DNA of 64,000 nucleotides from Macrostomum lignano (Eukaryota): NCBI GenBank assembly GCA_002269645.1, contig NIVC01000201.1, positions 186,001 to 250,000 of the forward strand, read 5' to 3'. Shown piece by piece: positions 39,901 to 50,600 of this stretch (position 1 is its first letter; each line of letters starts with the position of its first letter). The notes under the pieces were generated by a model. It saw only the letters and a program-made list of their open reading frames with translations, ran no database searches and was not told where the DNA came from. The position numbers and the translations under genes were made by a program.

Positions 39901-41357
39901 ATGAGCATGTTTACCACATTGAGGTGCCCAGCCTCCGAGGCGATTTTGATGGGTGTCTCTCCGAGGTTCTTTGAACGATTTACATCAGCCTGTGCTCTGA
40001 TGAGCGCCTTCACTACCGTCAAGTGACCTTCTTGAGACGATATGTGGAGAGATGTGGAGCCATTTCTTGTTTGTAGATTGACGTCAGCCTGCGCTTTTAT
40101 AAGGGCATCAACCACTTGAATGTGTCCATTCTGAGATGCAACGTAAAGAGGTGACTCGCCCATGCTTTTTTGGAGATTGACTCTCGCTTGTGCTTTGATA
40201 AGCAGGGCAACAACTTGGAGATGGTTGTTTTGCGATGCAATGTAGAGAGGCGAAGATCCAGTGTTCCTTTGAAGATTGACGTCGGCTTGAGCTTTGATAA
40301 GCAGGTCAACAATTTGACGATGACCATTCTGCGATGCAATGTAGAGAGGTGAGCATCCATCAACCTCTTGAAGATTAACATCAGCTTGGGATTTAATGAG
40401 CAATTCGACTATTCTATAATGACAGTTTTGCGATGAAATAAAGATAGGTGACATCCCATCCGCTTTTGAAACATCGACATTGGCATTCGCTTGAATAAGC
40501 CAGTCTACAATTCGAAAATGACCATTTTGTGACGCGATATACAGGGGTGAGCATCCTTCAATCTCTTGGAGATTGACGTTGGCTTTTGCGTTGATGAGCA
40601 ACTCCACGACTTTCCGATGACCATTCTCAGATGCAATGTAAAGTGGAGTCATTTTGTCCATTTCCTGAATGTCAACGTTGGCTTGCGCTTCAACTAGTGC
40701 GTGCACGACTTCGGGGTGATCGTTGTGCGCTGCGATATAGAGCGGTGAGCAGTCTTCAGTGTCTTGAATATCCACATCGGCTTGAGCTTTAATAAGTGAG
40801 TTCACAACTTTAAGATGACCATTCTGTGATGCAATGTAGAGAGGTGAGGTGAAATGAACAGTCTCTTGAAGATCTACATCGGCATGAGCTTTGATGAGTA
40901 GGTCAACAACTTTATTGTGACCATTCTGTGATGCAATGTAGATCGGAGTGCATCCTTCGAACTCTTGAAGGTTGACATCGGCTTGAGCCTTAATAAGTAG
41001 ATCAACAACGTGTTGGTGCCCGTTTTGCGACGCGATGTAAAGAAGCGACTCGCCGGTTTTTGTTTCTAGGTTAATGTCAATTTTGGCTGCCAAGAATATC
41101 TCTAGCACATTTCGCCTGCCCAGTCTGCAGGCCAGGTGAGGTGGGGATAACAATTTGTCGTCCATCGGAACTAATATACCCACCAATGCTGGCCTGCGCT
41201 GTAGGTACCTGTAGGTAAGATCTGCGTCGTCATCCGTCACCGCCTCAATGACAGCTTGATCACTCACCTCGGAGTCTAAGCCTTCCTTATCAGATAGTTC
41301 AAAGGCCTGCATCAGAAAAGTTGCAATAGTTTGCAAAATTCTCCAAACAGAGCTCAT
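36914..41357 (-). CDS. Ankyrin-repeat / Mab-21 (cGAS-like receptor, cGLR) nucleotidyltransferase fusion, 3 exons, about 1317 aa, one 2-bp insertion
   Basis: Exons 41357-39227, 39046-38700 and 38391-36914. Donor tc|GTGAGA with acceptor ttttAG|a is phase 2; donor g|GTAAGA with acceptor ttccAG|ct is phase 1. 18 ANK repeats, then an NTase core VVGSFSEG...SDIDV...IDDVTA, then Mab-21 motifs ELRVSTNFLEK, LFVTLKYLVK and LKPYHVKTITF. An extra TA at 39545-39548 shifts the frame in ANK repeat 17. Confidence 0.87.
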
Positions 41358-42645
41358 GCTGACCAGGACAAAAAAGCAGGTTTCTGCTCTATTAATGTCC
41401 TAAGCAGGAAGGCGAAGACAGGAAAGGGTGGCGCTAAAGCGAAAAGTAGCCATAATGAAGCAGTCCGCGCATTTAACTCGATACCAGGCGTTTAGGCGAT
41501 TAAAAGCGATAAAAGCTGTTGGCAAAGCAGCTTGAACAAAAATGGTAAGGCTGCGAAAAAAACTAGTTGCACTGAGAGGCGAGACAAGGCTTTGTATGAA
41601 ATTGCACAAAATAAGGAGCGCACTGTACATTCAAGAGTGGAACGCACAAGGGTAAAATACACAATTTACAAAATAAAAGAGGGGCTGCAGGAGGCGGCAC
41701 GCTGTCATTAAAGGCAGTTAAAGCATGCTTCAACTACCCAAAAGACAGGAACAAAAACTGAACTGCGTGTAGACTTGATTTGTTTATGAAGCCGACCGGT
41801 TCGCTAAGACTGTTGGCTGCACTCGGTGTTTAGCTGTGCACAGGAGGAAATCTTTGCTCTGATCTAAAACATTTCAATAAGTACGATATCATGTGATTCT
41901 GCGACGACTGTTTTGCTTCCCCATAGCCAAACGGTCGGTTATTGTACTTCAAATAAAAGCGGTTCAGAAATGTACGCGGTAAATATCGTACTTGGTTGGG
42001 GTTGGTCACTCGCAGTCGCTGAAGTACTTGAAAAAGCAAAGTACGCATTCTAGAATTCAGCGGAGTGGCTACTTGGCTTGACGGGGAAATCCGTCTACAA
42101 TCAGCCAGTCTTTCTTCCTCATGTGCTGCCGCACAACCTCCACGGTCGCCTCCCTCCCTGACCTCTCGGGCAGGCCATTGGATGCCTCTGCAGTTGCTTT
42201 GAGACCCTCAGTTTGCTCAAAACTGTCTTATCAGCTACATTGTCACCAAAATTAAGACAAGCCAGAGCTCTGAGAGACAGTCGGGAAATTTTTCAATTAT
42301 CTCCCCAAGAGAATCCCGGCACATTGGACCAGAGCCGCTAGCGGACAGACAAACGATCGACGCTAAAATTATGCCGTAAATCGCTTTCAAAACAGTTGGG
42401 CTGTAGAGACCGGGCAGCATGGGCAGTAGAAGCAGAACACACCCGGATTTATGACTTGCTTCAAACAGGCTTTCATCGTGAGCAGTGGGCATGCGGCTGC
42501 GGCAGGCTGGGGGAGTTGGAGACTCGGCTATAGGTATCAGTGGCGCGATCTGAGAGTAGCAACAGAGGCCGTGCGCCGAAACTTCGTCCAAAGTTTGGTC
42601 TGATGGCCAAGCCGCGCAAATGAGCCGGCTGGATTCGACTCTGGA

Positions 42646-42880
42646 ATGTGATGAATGCGATGCAAAGTAACTGTGTGATGAATGCGAGCTGTGTGAAGAA
42701 TGCGATGCAAAGTAACTGTGTGATGAATGGGATGCAAAGTAACTGTGTGATGAATGGGATGCAAAGTAGCTGTGTGATGAATGGGATGCAAATTGCAAAG
42801 TAGCTATGTGATGAATGGGATGCAAAGTAACTGTGTGATGAATGGGATGCAAAGTAGCTGTGTGATGAATGGGATGCAAA
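42646..42880. repeat. 27-bp minisatellite GTGTGATGAATGGGATGCAAAGTAACT
   Basis: About 8 copies visible. Confidence 0.92.
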
Positions 42881-42882
42881 TA

Positions 42883-43254
42883 TGCTACAAGGCTTCGTCG
42901 GAGGCTGGACAACCCAGGATGTGCTTCCGGAAAGCCGACTGGGGCGGTTTCAATGAAGAGCCTACCGAGAAAGAGAGCCGCCGAGCTAGCTACCCAACTA
43001 ACGGAGTCCAGCTCGCCCACCTTCACGACACTATCTGCAGTGGCATTCTGACTGCCGCCAACACAGGATCCCCAGAGCTCAAGTCGAACGAGGAAAACCT
43101 GGCAAAGGAGGCAGTCGAGCTCGCTCACCATCAACAACGATCTTTTCCGCACGCTGCGCTAAATGCCCACCAGAGACTGAAAACCGGAACGCAGGACAGT
43201 AGCCATCCCAGAGAAGGCTGCAACCTGTTCTGCCAACAGTACGCGCCGTTTTAA
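42883..43254 (+). mobile_element. Probable non-LTR retrotransposon (LINE) ORF2 remnant, endonuclease-RT linker
   Basis: PRMCFRKADWGGF...ICSGILTAAN resembles the FxKADW motif that follows the APE domain. No RT motifs seen. Confidence 0.45.
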
Positions 43255-43712
43255 GAGTCAAAGGAGGTCCCCAAGACGGCCCTATTAACCGCACTGCTGT
43301 CTCTATTTGCTAATTATTTACTTGCTATTAAGTAATATAGTAACAACAATAATAATAATAATAGATTACATCTGCCCATAGATCTTATATTCCCTGGATA
43401 GGCCACTTTGCATTGCGGCAATAGGGAAGTGCAGTGCTCGCTGTTTTACGAAAAAGCCGACATTGGTTGCTTGTAAGTTTGAGTTCAGTAGCTTAGGGAC
43501 ATAGACGCTATTTTTGAGAATTGAATAAAACCTCTCATGAATTCAATAAAAAGCTACTCAATCAAAGTAAGAATGGTGCATGCACTACAGAGACTACTGA
43601 CGAAATTGAGTACAGTAGTCGATTTTCTCGCTGTCGCGAGTTGCAAAATTTTTTAAATAGGCTTCTATGGTCACAATTGTGAGTGGCCCATCTTGCGTAT
43701 ATATGATATTTG

Positions 43713-43990
43713 CATCTGCCCCATTCGGGCCAGATGTGCAACCGACAGCTCAACCGCAGCTATTGCGCGGCGCATCTCAAGGCTGCGTTCGGCTGTTCAG
43801 TCCAAGGACTGGGGGGCCGCCACACACACCCTCAATTACCCCAGCTAATGCTAGCACCCATTTTACAGCTGGGTGAACTGAAGCAATGCAGAGTTGAGTG
43901 TTTTGCTTAAGAACACAAACTGTTCCGGTTAGATCGGGAATAGAGCCCCATCTTAAAGTTGCGAGACCGACGCACTTACCACTGGACACA
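43713..43990 (-). mobile_element. tRNA-derived SINE with a CORE-like domain (copy 2)
   Basis: Homologous to 13463-13740. The minus strand contains tgtgttcttaagcaaaacactcaactctgcattgcttcagttcacccagctgtaaaatggg and a tRNA-like head gtgtccagtggtaagtgcg. Confidence 0.7.
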
Positions 43991-44276
43991 CATCAAAAGC
44001 TTCAGACTAAACCAAAAGATGATTTTTTAGCATTCTGATGCGCGTAGCTATACATGTTTTATTATAGTACGAGTACGTGGTTTCTATTAGCAGTTAATGA
44101 ATTCAAACAACGCACTAACACAAATAGTTGAGCATGGCCAGAAAGGGAAGAGCGGAGAGAGATGCTGAGAATTTTATAATATTGAAAAATATTCGCTTGT
44201 GCTTTCAAACTGCCGGGTGTATTTTGCTTGGCGAAACTTCAAAATCCAGGATATTAAACAGTCACTATAGCTGATA

Positions 44277-44282
44277 TTTATT
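44277..44282 (-). promoter_or_regulatory. Polyadenylation signal AATAAA for the Arg-rich precursor gene
   Basis: tttatt on the plus strand, about 100 nt downstream of the TAA stop at 44380. Confidence 0.55.
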
Positions 44283-44379
44283 ACTGAGATATTTTGTCAT
44301 TGATTTTAGTCAAGATTATTTGTCAAAGAAGATTAGTCAGAATGTCCAAGGCGATCAGTCAGAAAACGATCCGGTTCAT

Positions 44380-44802
44380 TTAGCCGCGGTAGCGGAAGCA
44401 GCGCCTCCTGCGGAAGATGCGCCTGCGGAAGATGCGCCTGCGGTAGAAGCGCCTACGGAAGATGCGCCTGCGGAAGATGCGCCTGCGGTAGAAGCGCCTA
44501 CGGAAGATGCGCCTGCGGAAGATGCGCCTGCGGAAGTAGCGCCGCCTGCCGAACCTAATTCGGAGCTTTTCTTCCGGATTTGTGCTCTCATCGGACTCGG
44601 CCAACTCGGACTCGGCCAGGTCGGGCTCGGCCAGGTCGGACTCGGCAAGGTCGGGCTCGGCCTGGTCGGGCTCGGCCAGATCGGCCAGTGCGGAGGAGGA
44701 CACCTTTTCGAGGTTTTCGTCTTCTTCTTTGTGCTCAGCCGGGCTGGCGTAGACCGCCAGCGCCATGCACAGGAGGAGACCGAGGGCGAACTGCCACTTC
44801 AT
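44380..44802 (-). CDS. Secreted prepropeptide: signal peptide + acidic pro-piece + Arg/aromatic repeat polycation (candidate antimicrobial or secretory peptide), 140 aa
   Basis: MKWQFALGLLLCMALAVYA signal, then acidic (D/E)LAE(P/S)-type pentamers x6, then KLRIRFG, nine RRR(I/Y/F)(F/Y) pentamers and RRRRCFRYRG. Single exon with an upstream TATA and a downstream AATAAA. Confidence 0.85.
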   Translation of the reverse strand: MKWQFALGLLLCMALAVYASPAEHKEEDENLEKVSSSALADLAEPDQAEPDLAESDLAEPDLAESELAESDESTNPEEKLRIRFGRRRYFRRRIFRRRIFRRRFYRRRIFRRRIFRRRFYRRRIFRRRIFRRRRCFRYRG

Positions 44803-44888
44803 GGCTGCTGCTGAATTCAGAGAGATTCGCTTTGCAGAGCCGATCCCGTCTTGGGTCTTGGGGCTCTTGTGAGCTCGAGGCGGTCGAA

Positions 44889-44894
44889 TTTATA
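44889..44894 (-). promoter_or_regulatory. TATA box (TATAAA) upstream of the Arg-rich precursor
   Basis: About 90 nt upstream of ATG 44802 on the gene strand. Confidence 0.55.
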
Positions 44895-46638
44895 GACAAA
44901 CAATCTGGGGCGGGGAGCACGTTTTTGCTTACTTGCAAAACAAAGCCCTAAAAAACGTGCTCTTAACCTAAATTTCGGGGAGTGGGTCAATGCATAACCG
45001 GCCTCTCAACTTGAATGGCATAGCAATTAGGCAATTGAATGCATACAGAGACTGCGCAAATTTTGCGACATCTAGACGTAAGCATCTGAGCTTTTTCTTT
45101 TTCATACAAGCCTGCTCAATGCTACCTAGCCTTGAGGCTTCTGTATGGTGAGACTGAAGTGGCTCGGGCCGAGGGCCAGGGTCACAAAATGCTTGGCATT
45201 GAATCTGGAACTTGTCAAGAAAATTACTGCAATATTTTTTATTTTTTAGGTCGCACGCAGGTCTCTCTTTCTATTGTCTTCGTTGCATTTTATTTTTCTA
45301 AGCTTCGTGCCAAAGAAAACAATCCTGCCTGTCCGACTGCAACTCAAGTTTAGATTGCATTTGCCATGCTCAATTCTATAAACAGTTTCATTGCGCTAGA
45401 CCAGGGGCCGGAAAACATTGCTACCATAAGGGCCAGACAACCCAGCGCATGACCTGAGGGCAATGGAATGTAGAGAGGAGAGGGTATAGAGAAGCTAGAA
45501 TCAACATGAGTGCTGAAGATCAGATTGAAGACGAATTGCTAGAAGACTGAGGATGAACTCAATGAAGTTGAAGCAGAATTCGAGGAAGAGATCGTGGGGC
45601 AGCAGCCTCGGAAATATACTATTATAAGCAACAGTGACAGACTATCATCAAGGCTCTCTAGGGGCTAATTTCTCTAGATCGAATTTCATCTGTTTCAATA
45701 GAAAAGGGACTTCGTTTGAATTGAATTTCCGCAAGCGCTGAGATTTCTTATTGCTTGAATTGAAGTCCTGCTCGTTTCTTTTGAACAAGACTGTGCGAAC
45801 TAAGAGGTAAAATGGTAAAATGATGAAGTTTTCATTCAGAAACCAGTTGGTCAACAAGTGGTAGATTTAATCCAACTCTATCCATGATTCTCCTATCTCT
45901 TCTCCAGCGTGGTTGTTAACAGTAGGAATACCAAGTCATTTTTCCGCCCGTCGAACTACCAAGAGGGGGGGAAAAATCCCCCCCCCCCGACAATTTTCTG
46001 CTGCGCCGGAACGGAGCAACGCAGGCACACGAAATTCAAGAACACGGGCCAACTTTTTGTTGCGCACCTTCTCAAACAAAAATCAAGTTGCCAACCCTCC
46101 GGACCGTCGAGATATTCGATGATTCTGTTAGAAGGTCGGATTTTTCCCATAAGCGCTAGTGTATTATGTAGCGCCTCAGTGCAGCCTTGCCAAGTCTCCA
46201 AATTTCATCAGCACGTCGACCACATGTGTCTGCATCAGTTCTGACTTCGTTGGTCACTAGCCTTCACCCAGGTGGAGCTTCTGGACCCTCAACAGCTGTG
46301 GCACCAGGTGACTATGGACACCCTGATGCGGATTTCTCTAGTTTCGCTGATCAAGCCTCGACAGTGGGCAAAAATCAACTGCTGGACATCCTCAGCTAGT
46401 CTCTCGAGCCTTCAGTCATCACCCCGACGCCGTCGGCACCTTCAACAGGTGGCACCAGGTGAGTAAGGACACCTGAGCGTGATTTTTCATCATGCTCTTA
46501 ACATTTATGAAGCTCTCAAAATTTTTTTAACACGGACACGGACATGTGTAATAATAATATAAATATACAGCAACATGAGTTAAAGCTCAACTATAGCAAT
46601 GTCCGTGCTTAAAAAATTTCAGGCCTTCGCACTCAGAT

Positions 46639-46859
46639 CTGGGTTTTTTGCCAGCGACAAGGGTGCAAAATCGCACCCTAATGCCCAATTTCAAAGTGAG
46701 ATTTTGAGGCTCAGAGTGCAATTTGTTTTTTCTTATTTTAACGCAGTGTATAAAGGGAAAGACTAAAGGGAAGAATGCATGGATCATGAGACCGCACCTA
46801 CTTTTTCAATTTCAGGGTGCGATTTCAAAATTAAAGGTGCATACGCACAAAAAACCCAG
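46639..46859. mobile_element. MITE, hAT-like (8-bp TSD)
   Basis: Perfect 12-bp TIR CTGGGTTTTTTG...CAAAAAACCCAG and a perfect 8-bp target duplication ACTCAGAT (46631-46638 and 46860-46867). A related copy lies at 58083-58432. Confidence 0.88.
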
Positions 46860-47655
46860 ACTCAGATTCTTCATAGCGCTACTAATGCAGTTGTCAGGGA
46901 GATTTTTGTAGTTGATCAATGGCGGAACAATTTTGTCGTCTGGTCGATATTTATAAAAACTAACAATAAACAACGAGTACTTAATTATCGCAAACATGGC
47001 GAGTTGAAAACAAAAAACTGAGGGCGCAGGATTCTTCTGCAGTCGGGATGCATGATATTGGTATAACACGCGAGCGAGTGCAGACTGCAGAATATACCAT
47101 TTTGACCTGCGATCAACTGGTTGATATATAAATGACTATGCACCTATGTATGTACTTTGTATGTCCCATAGTACTCCTATAGTACTCCCAAGGACTTCTG
47201 TGATATCGAACTATTTAACACTGATATTTATTAATAGAGTTGTGACTGCACACAGCAATGCAGTTGTGTCCCAGACTTGCCCAAATAACTGAGGCGCGTG
47301 TAATTTTTCAGAAATTCATTTCCGCGGGGCAGAATTCTGCAGCACTGCACGCCCTAATTAATTATTGGTTTATTAGGGTTAAATGCCAACAAACAGCAAG
47401 TGTGTTGATGAAAAGTGCGCAGTGTCATAAAGACCACAATATATTCATTGGGAGAATGTTGCAAACGTACTTAAAAATCATACAATTTAGTAAGTCCTAG
47501 CACAATCAATACAATTTAACAGACTGTTATCAAATTCACTTACTTACAGTAGACAGCATGCGTTTTTAAAGGTATTTTTAAAGCAAAATAATGAAAATAT
47601 AACCAATGAACAAGCCAACGCAGTAACAAACAAATCCAAACGTTTCGGCGTCAAT

Positions 47656-50600
47656 TCACCTGGAACTCTTGCCCGACTGCAGTCGGATGCCAACCATAGA
47701 AATCTGCAGCCGCATCGGCACCCCGTCCAGCTCGCGGTTGTTGTACCGCTTCACTGCCGTCTCGGCCTCAGCCCTGTCGGGGAACACGACCTCCGCCTTG
47801 CCGCTGCCCAGCATCGAGCACTTGCGCACCGAGCCAACGGACGAGAACAGCTCGTAGATGTCGTCGCGGGTGACGCTGTGGTGCAGACCGCTGATTGACA
47901 CCTTATAGGCCTGTGAAGGTGGGAATATCAAACAGCAGGTAAGGTGGGTAAGCCAGATGGAAGGCCGTAGCCCAGTGGTCTGGCGCGGCGCTCTGATGTG
48001 CCAGTGGCAAGGGAAGACAGATTGGTTAATCTTAGGTTTCGGATTTGAGATCTGCAGTTTGGGATTTGAGATCTGCAGTTTGAGATTTGAGATCTACAGT
48101 TTGGGATTTGAGATCTGCAGTTTGGGATTTGAGATCTGCAGTTTGGGATTTGAGATCTGCAGTTTGGGATTTGAGATCTGCAGTTTGGGATTTGAGATCT
48201 GTGATCTGGGTAAGGTATTTAAAACAAAGGGTTTGGGAAGGGAAATTTCGATGAAGCTTATGAATTAAAAAAACTTACTAAAATTCGAAATTATCCTACT
48301 CTAAATCATTCTATACAGTGGCTTACCAGCAGGAGACTTGTTACGCCAAAATATAAAACACAATCGCAAACCTTGACGACGTCCTCGGTCGAACGCCCCG
48401 ACGAAGTACCGGCAGCAGCAGCGGCAGGCTGAGCAGCGACGGCGCGCCCGACAAACCCTGGTGCGACTGTCGATGAGCGGCGCTGGACCGCGACGGGGCA
48501 CCGGCAGCAGCAGCAGCGGCGGAAAAAGCCGTCGACGGCCTCGCCAGCTGTGGCGATCGGCTCCGATGTCGCCGACGCTCTGACATGGCGGCGACCATTT
48601 CGACATCGCCGTCGGCATCAATTTGACGGAACTGGGCTGGCGGCGGTCGAAGAACTCCCCGCCACCACCGCCGCTGCTGCCGCCACCGTAGAGAGCCGCT
48701 GAGGCCGCGGCCCTGGGGCGAGACGGTCGAGGAGCCCGCGGCACAGCGGCGGTGGCAGCAGCGGCAACTACAGGGCGCCGCTCCTGAAGGTGCAGCCGCA
48801 TTGTCGACGCGCCGTTGCGAACGCTTGGCTCCGGCTCGGTGTACTGGTAGCCAGGCTCAAACTGAGGCCGCCGCTGCTCATAGCGAACCGACTGGCGCTG
48901 AACATAGCGCGGCTCCATCTCAGCAGCATGAGCATAGTCATACTCGGACGGCTCATAATCGTCATAGATTTCATCTTCAACAGGCGGCTGATGCTGATCC
49001 TCGTCCAGATCGTCAATGATTTCGGTGTATTCATGCCCAGCCGGACTTTCGTAGTAATACTCTTCGGCAAAGTCCTCGGGCTCCACTGAATAATCTTCAT
49101 CCGGATAGTAACGACCAGGAGGCTGGTCGTAGCGATGAGGCTGCGGTGGCAGCTGGGGCGCAGGGCGCAGATTCTGCCGAGGCGCCGGCTGAGCGACGGG
49201 AGCGGCTGTCGCCAGCCGACGACGTGGCAGCGGCGGCTGGTGCTGGATAAAAATCTCACAGGCTGGCCAGGGGGAGCGGCGGCGCGCGAGCCGACAAAGC
49301 GCGGGGCCGGGGGCAGGTCGTATTCCAAGTCAATGCGCGGCGGAGGCGGGGGCTGGTACCGGTCGTTAGCGATCACCTTCTGCGGCAGCAGCAGCGGCAC
49401 CAGCGGCTCGGCGACTGGCAGGGCCTCCGGGACCTCGTTGGGCACTGGGGAATGCGGGGCAGGCTGGGTGATCAGCGTTTTGGGTTTTTGTGGGCTTGAG
49501 GTTTCGGGATGGGTTTAAAATGGGATAGAGAATGGGGTTTGAAATGGGATGGAGGATGGGGTTTGAGATGGGATGGAGGATGGGGTTTGAGATGGGATGG
49601 AGGATGGGGCTTGAGATGGGATGGAGGATGGGGCTTGAGATGGGATGGAGGATGGGGCTTGAGATGGGATGGAGGATGGGGTTTGAGATGGGATGGAGGA
49701 TGGGGTTTAAAATGGGATGGAGGATGGGGTTTGAGATGGGATAGAGAATGGGGTTTGAGATGGGATGGAGGATGGGGTTTGAGATGGGATGGAGGATGGG
49801 GTTTGAAATGGGATGGAGGATGGGGTTTGAGATGGGATGGAGGATGGGGTTTGAGATGGGATAGAGAATGGGGTTTGAGATGGGATGGAGAATGGGGTTT
49901 GAGATGGGATGGAGGATGGGGCTTGAGATGGGATGGATGATGGGGTTTGAGATGGGATGGAGGATGGGGTTTGAGATGGGATGGAGGATGGGGTTTGAGA
50001 TGGGGTTTGAGATGGGGTTTGAGATGGGATGGAGGATGGGGTTTGAGATGGGATGGAGGATGGGGTTTGAGATGGGATAGAGAATGGGGTTTGAGATGGG
50101 ATGGAGGATGGGGTTTGAGATGGGATGGAGGATGGGGTTTGAAATGGGATGGAGGATGGGGTTTGAGATGGGATGGAGGATGGGGTTTGAGATGGGATAG
50201 AGAATGGGGTTTGAGATGGGATGGAGAATGGGGTTTGAGATGGGATGGAGGATGGGGCTTGAGATGGGGTTTGAGATGGGATGGAGGATGGGGCTTGAGA
50301 TGGATGGAGGATGGGGTTTGAGATGGGGTTTGAGATGGGATGGAGGATGGGGCTTGAGATGGGATGGAGATGGGGTTTGAGATGGTATGGAGATGGGGTT
50401 TGAGATGGGATGGAGAATGGGGCTTGAGATGGGATGGAGGATGGGGTTTGAGATGGGATGGAGAATGGGGCTTGAGATGGGATGGAGGATGGGGTTTGAG
50501 ATGGGATGGAGGATGGGGCTTGAGATGGGATGGAGAATGGGGTTTGAGATGGGATGGAGGATGGGGTTTGAGATGGGGTTTGAGATGGGATGGAGAATGG

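Noticed and set aside
42235-43152. 305-aa minus-strand ORF
   Set aside because: It spans a 27-bp minisatellite and the antisense of a LINE remnant, and has no coherent domain.
44380-44570. Protamine interpretation of the Arg-rich segment
   Set aside because: An N-terminal signal peptide and regular aromatic spacers point to secretion rather than nuclear DNA packaging.
44320-44814. Plus-strand 164-aa ORF with EDAPA repeats
   Set aside because: Antisense shadow of the Arg-rich precursor. The minus strand has the ATG, signal peptide, TATA and polyA signal, whereas this ORF starts at TTG.
45500-46470. Acidic stretch, short ORFs and a plus-strand donor at 46459
   Set aside because: Fragmented by stops with no identifiable family, so no feature can be supported.
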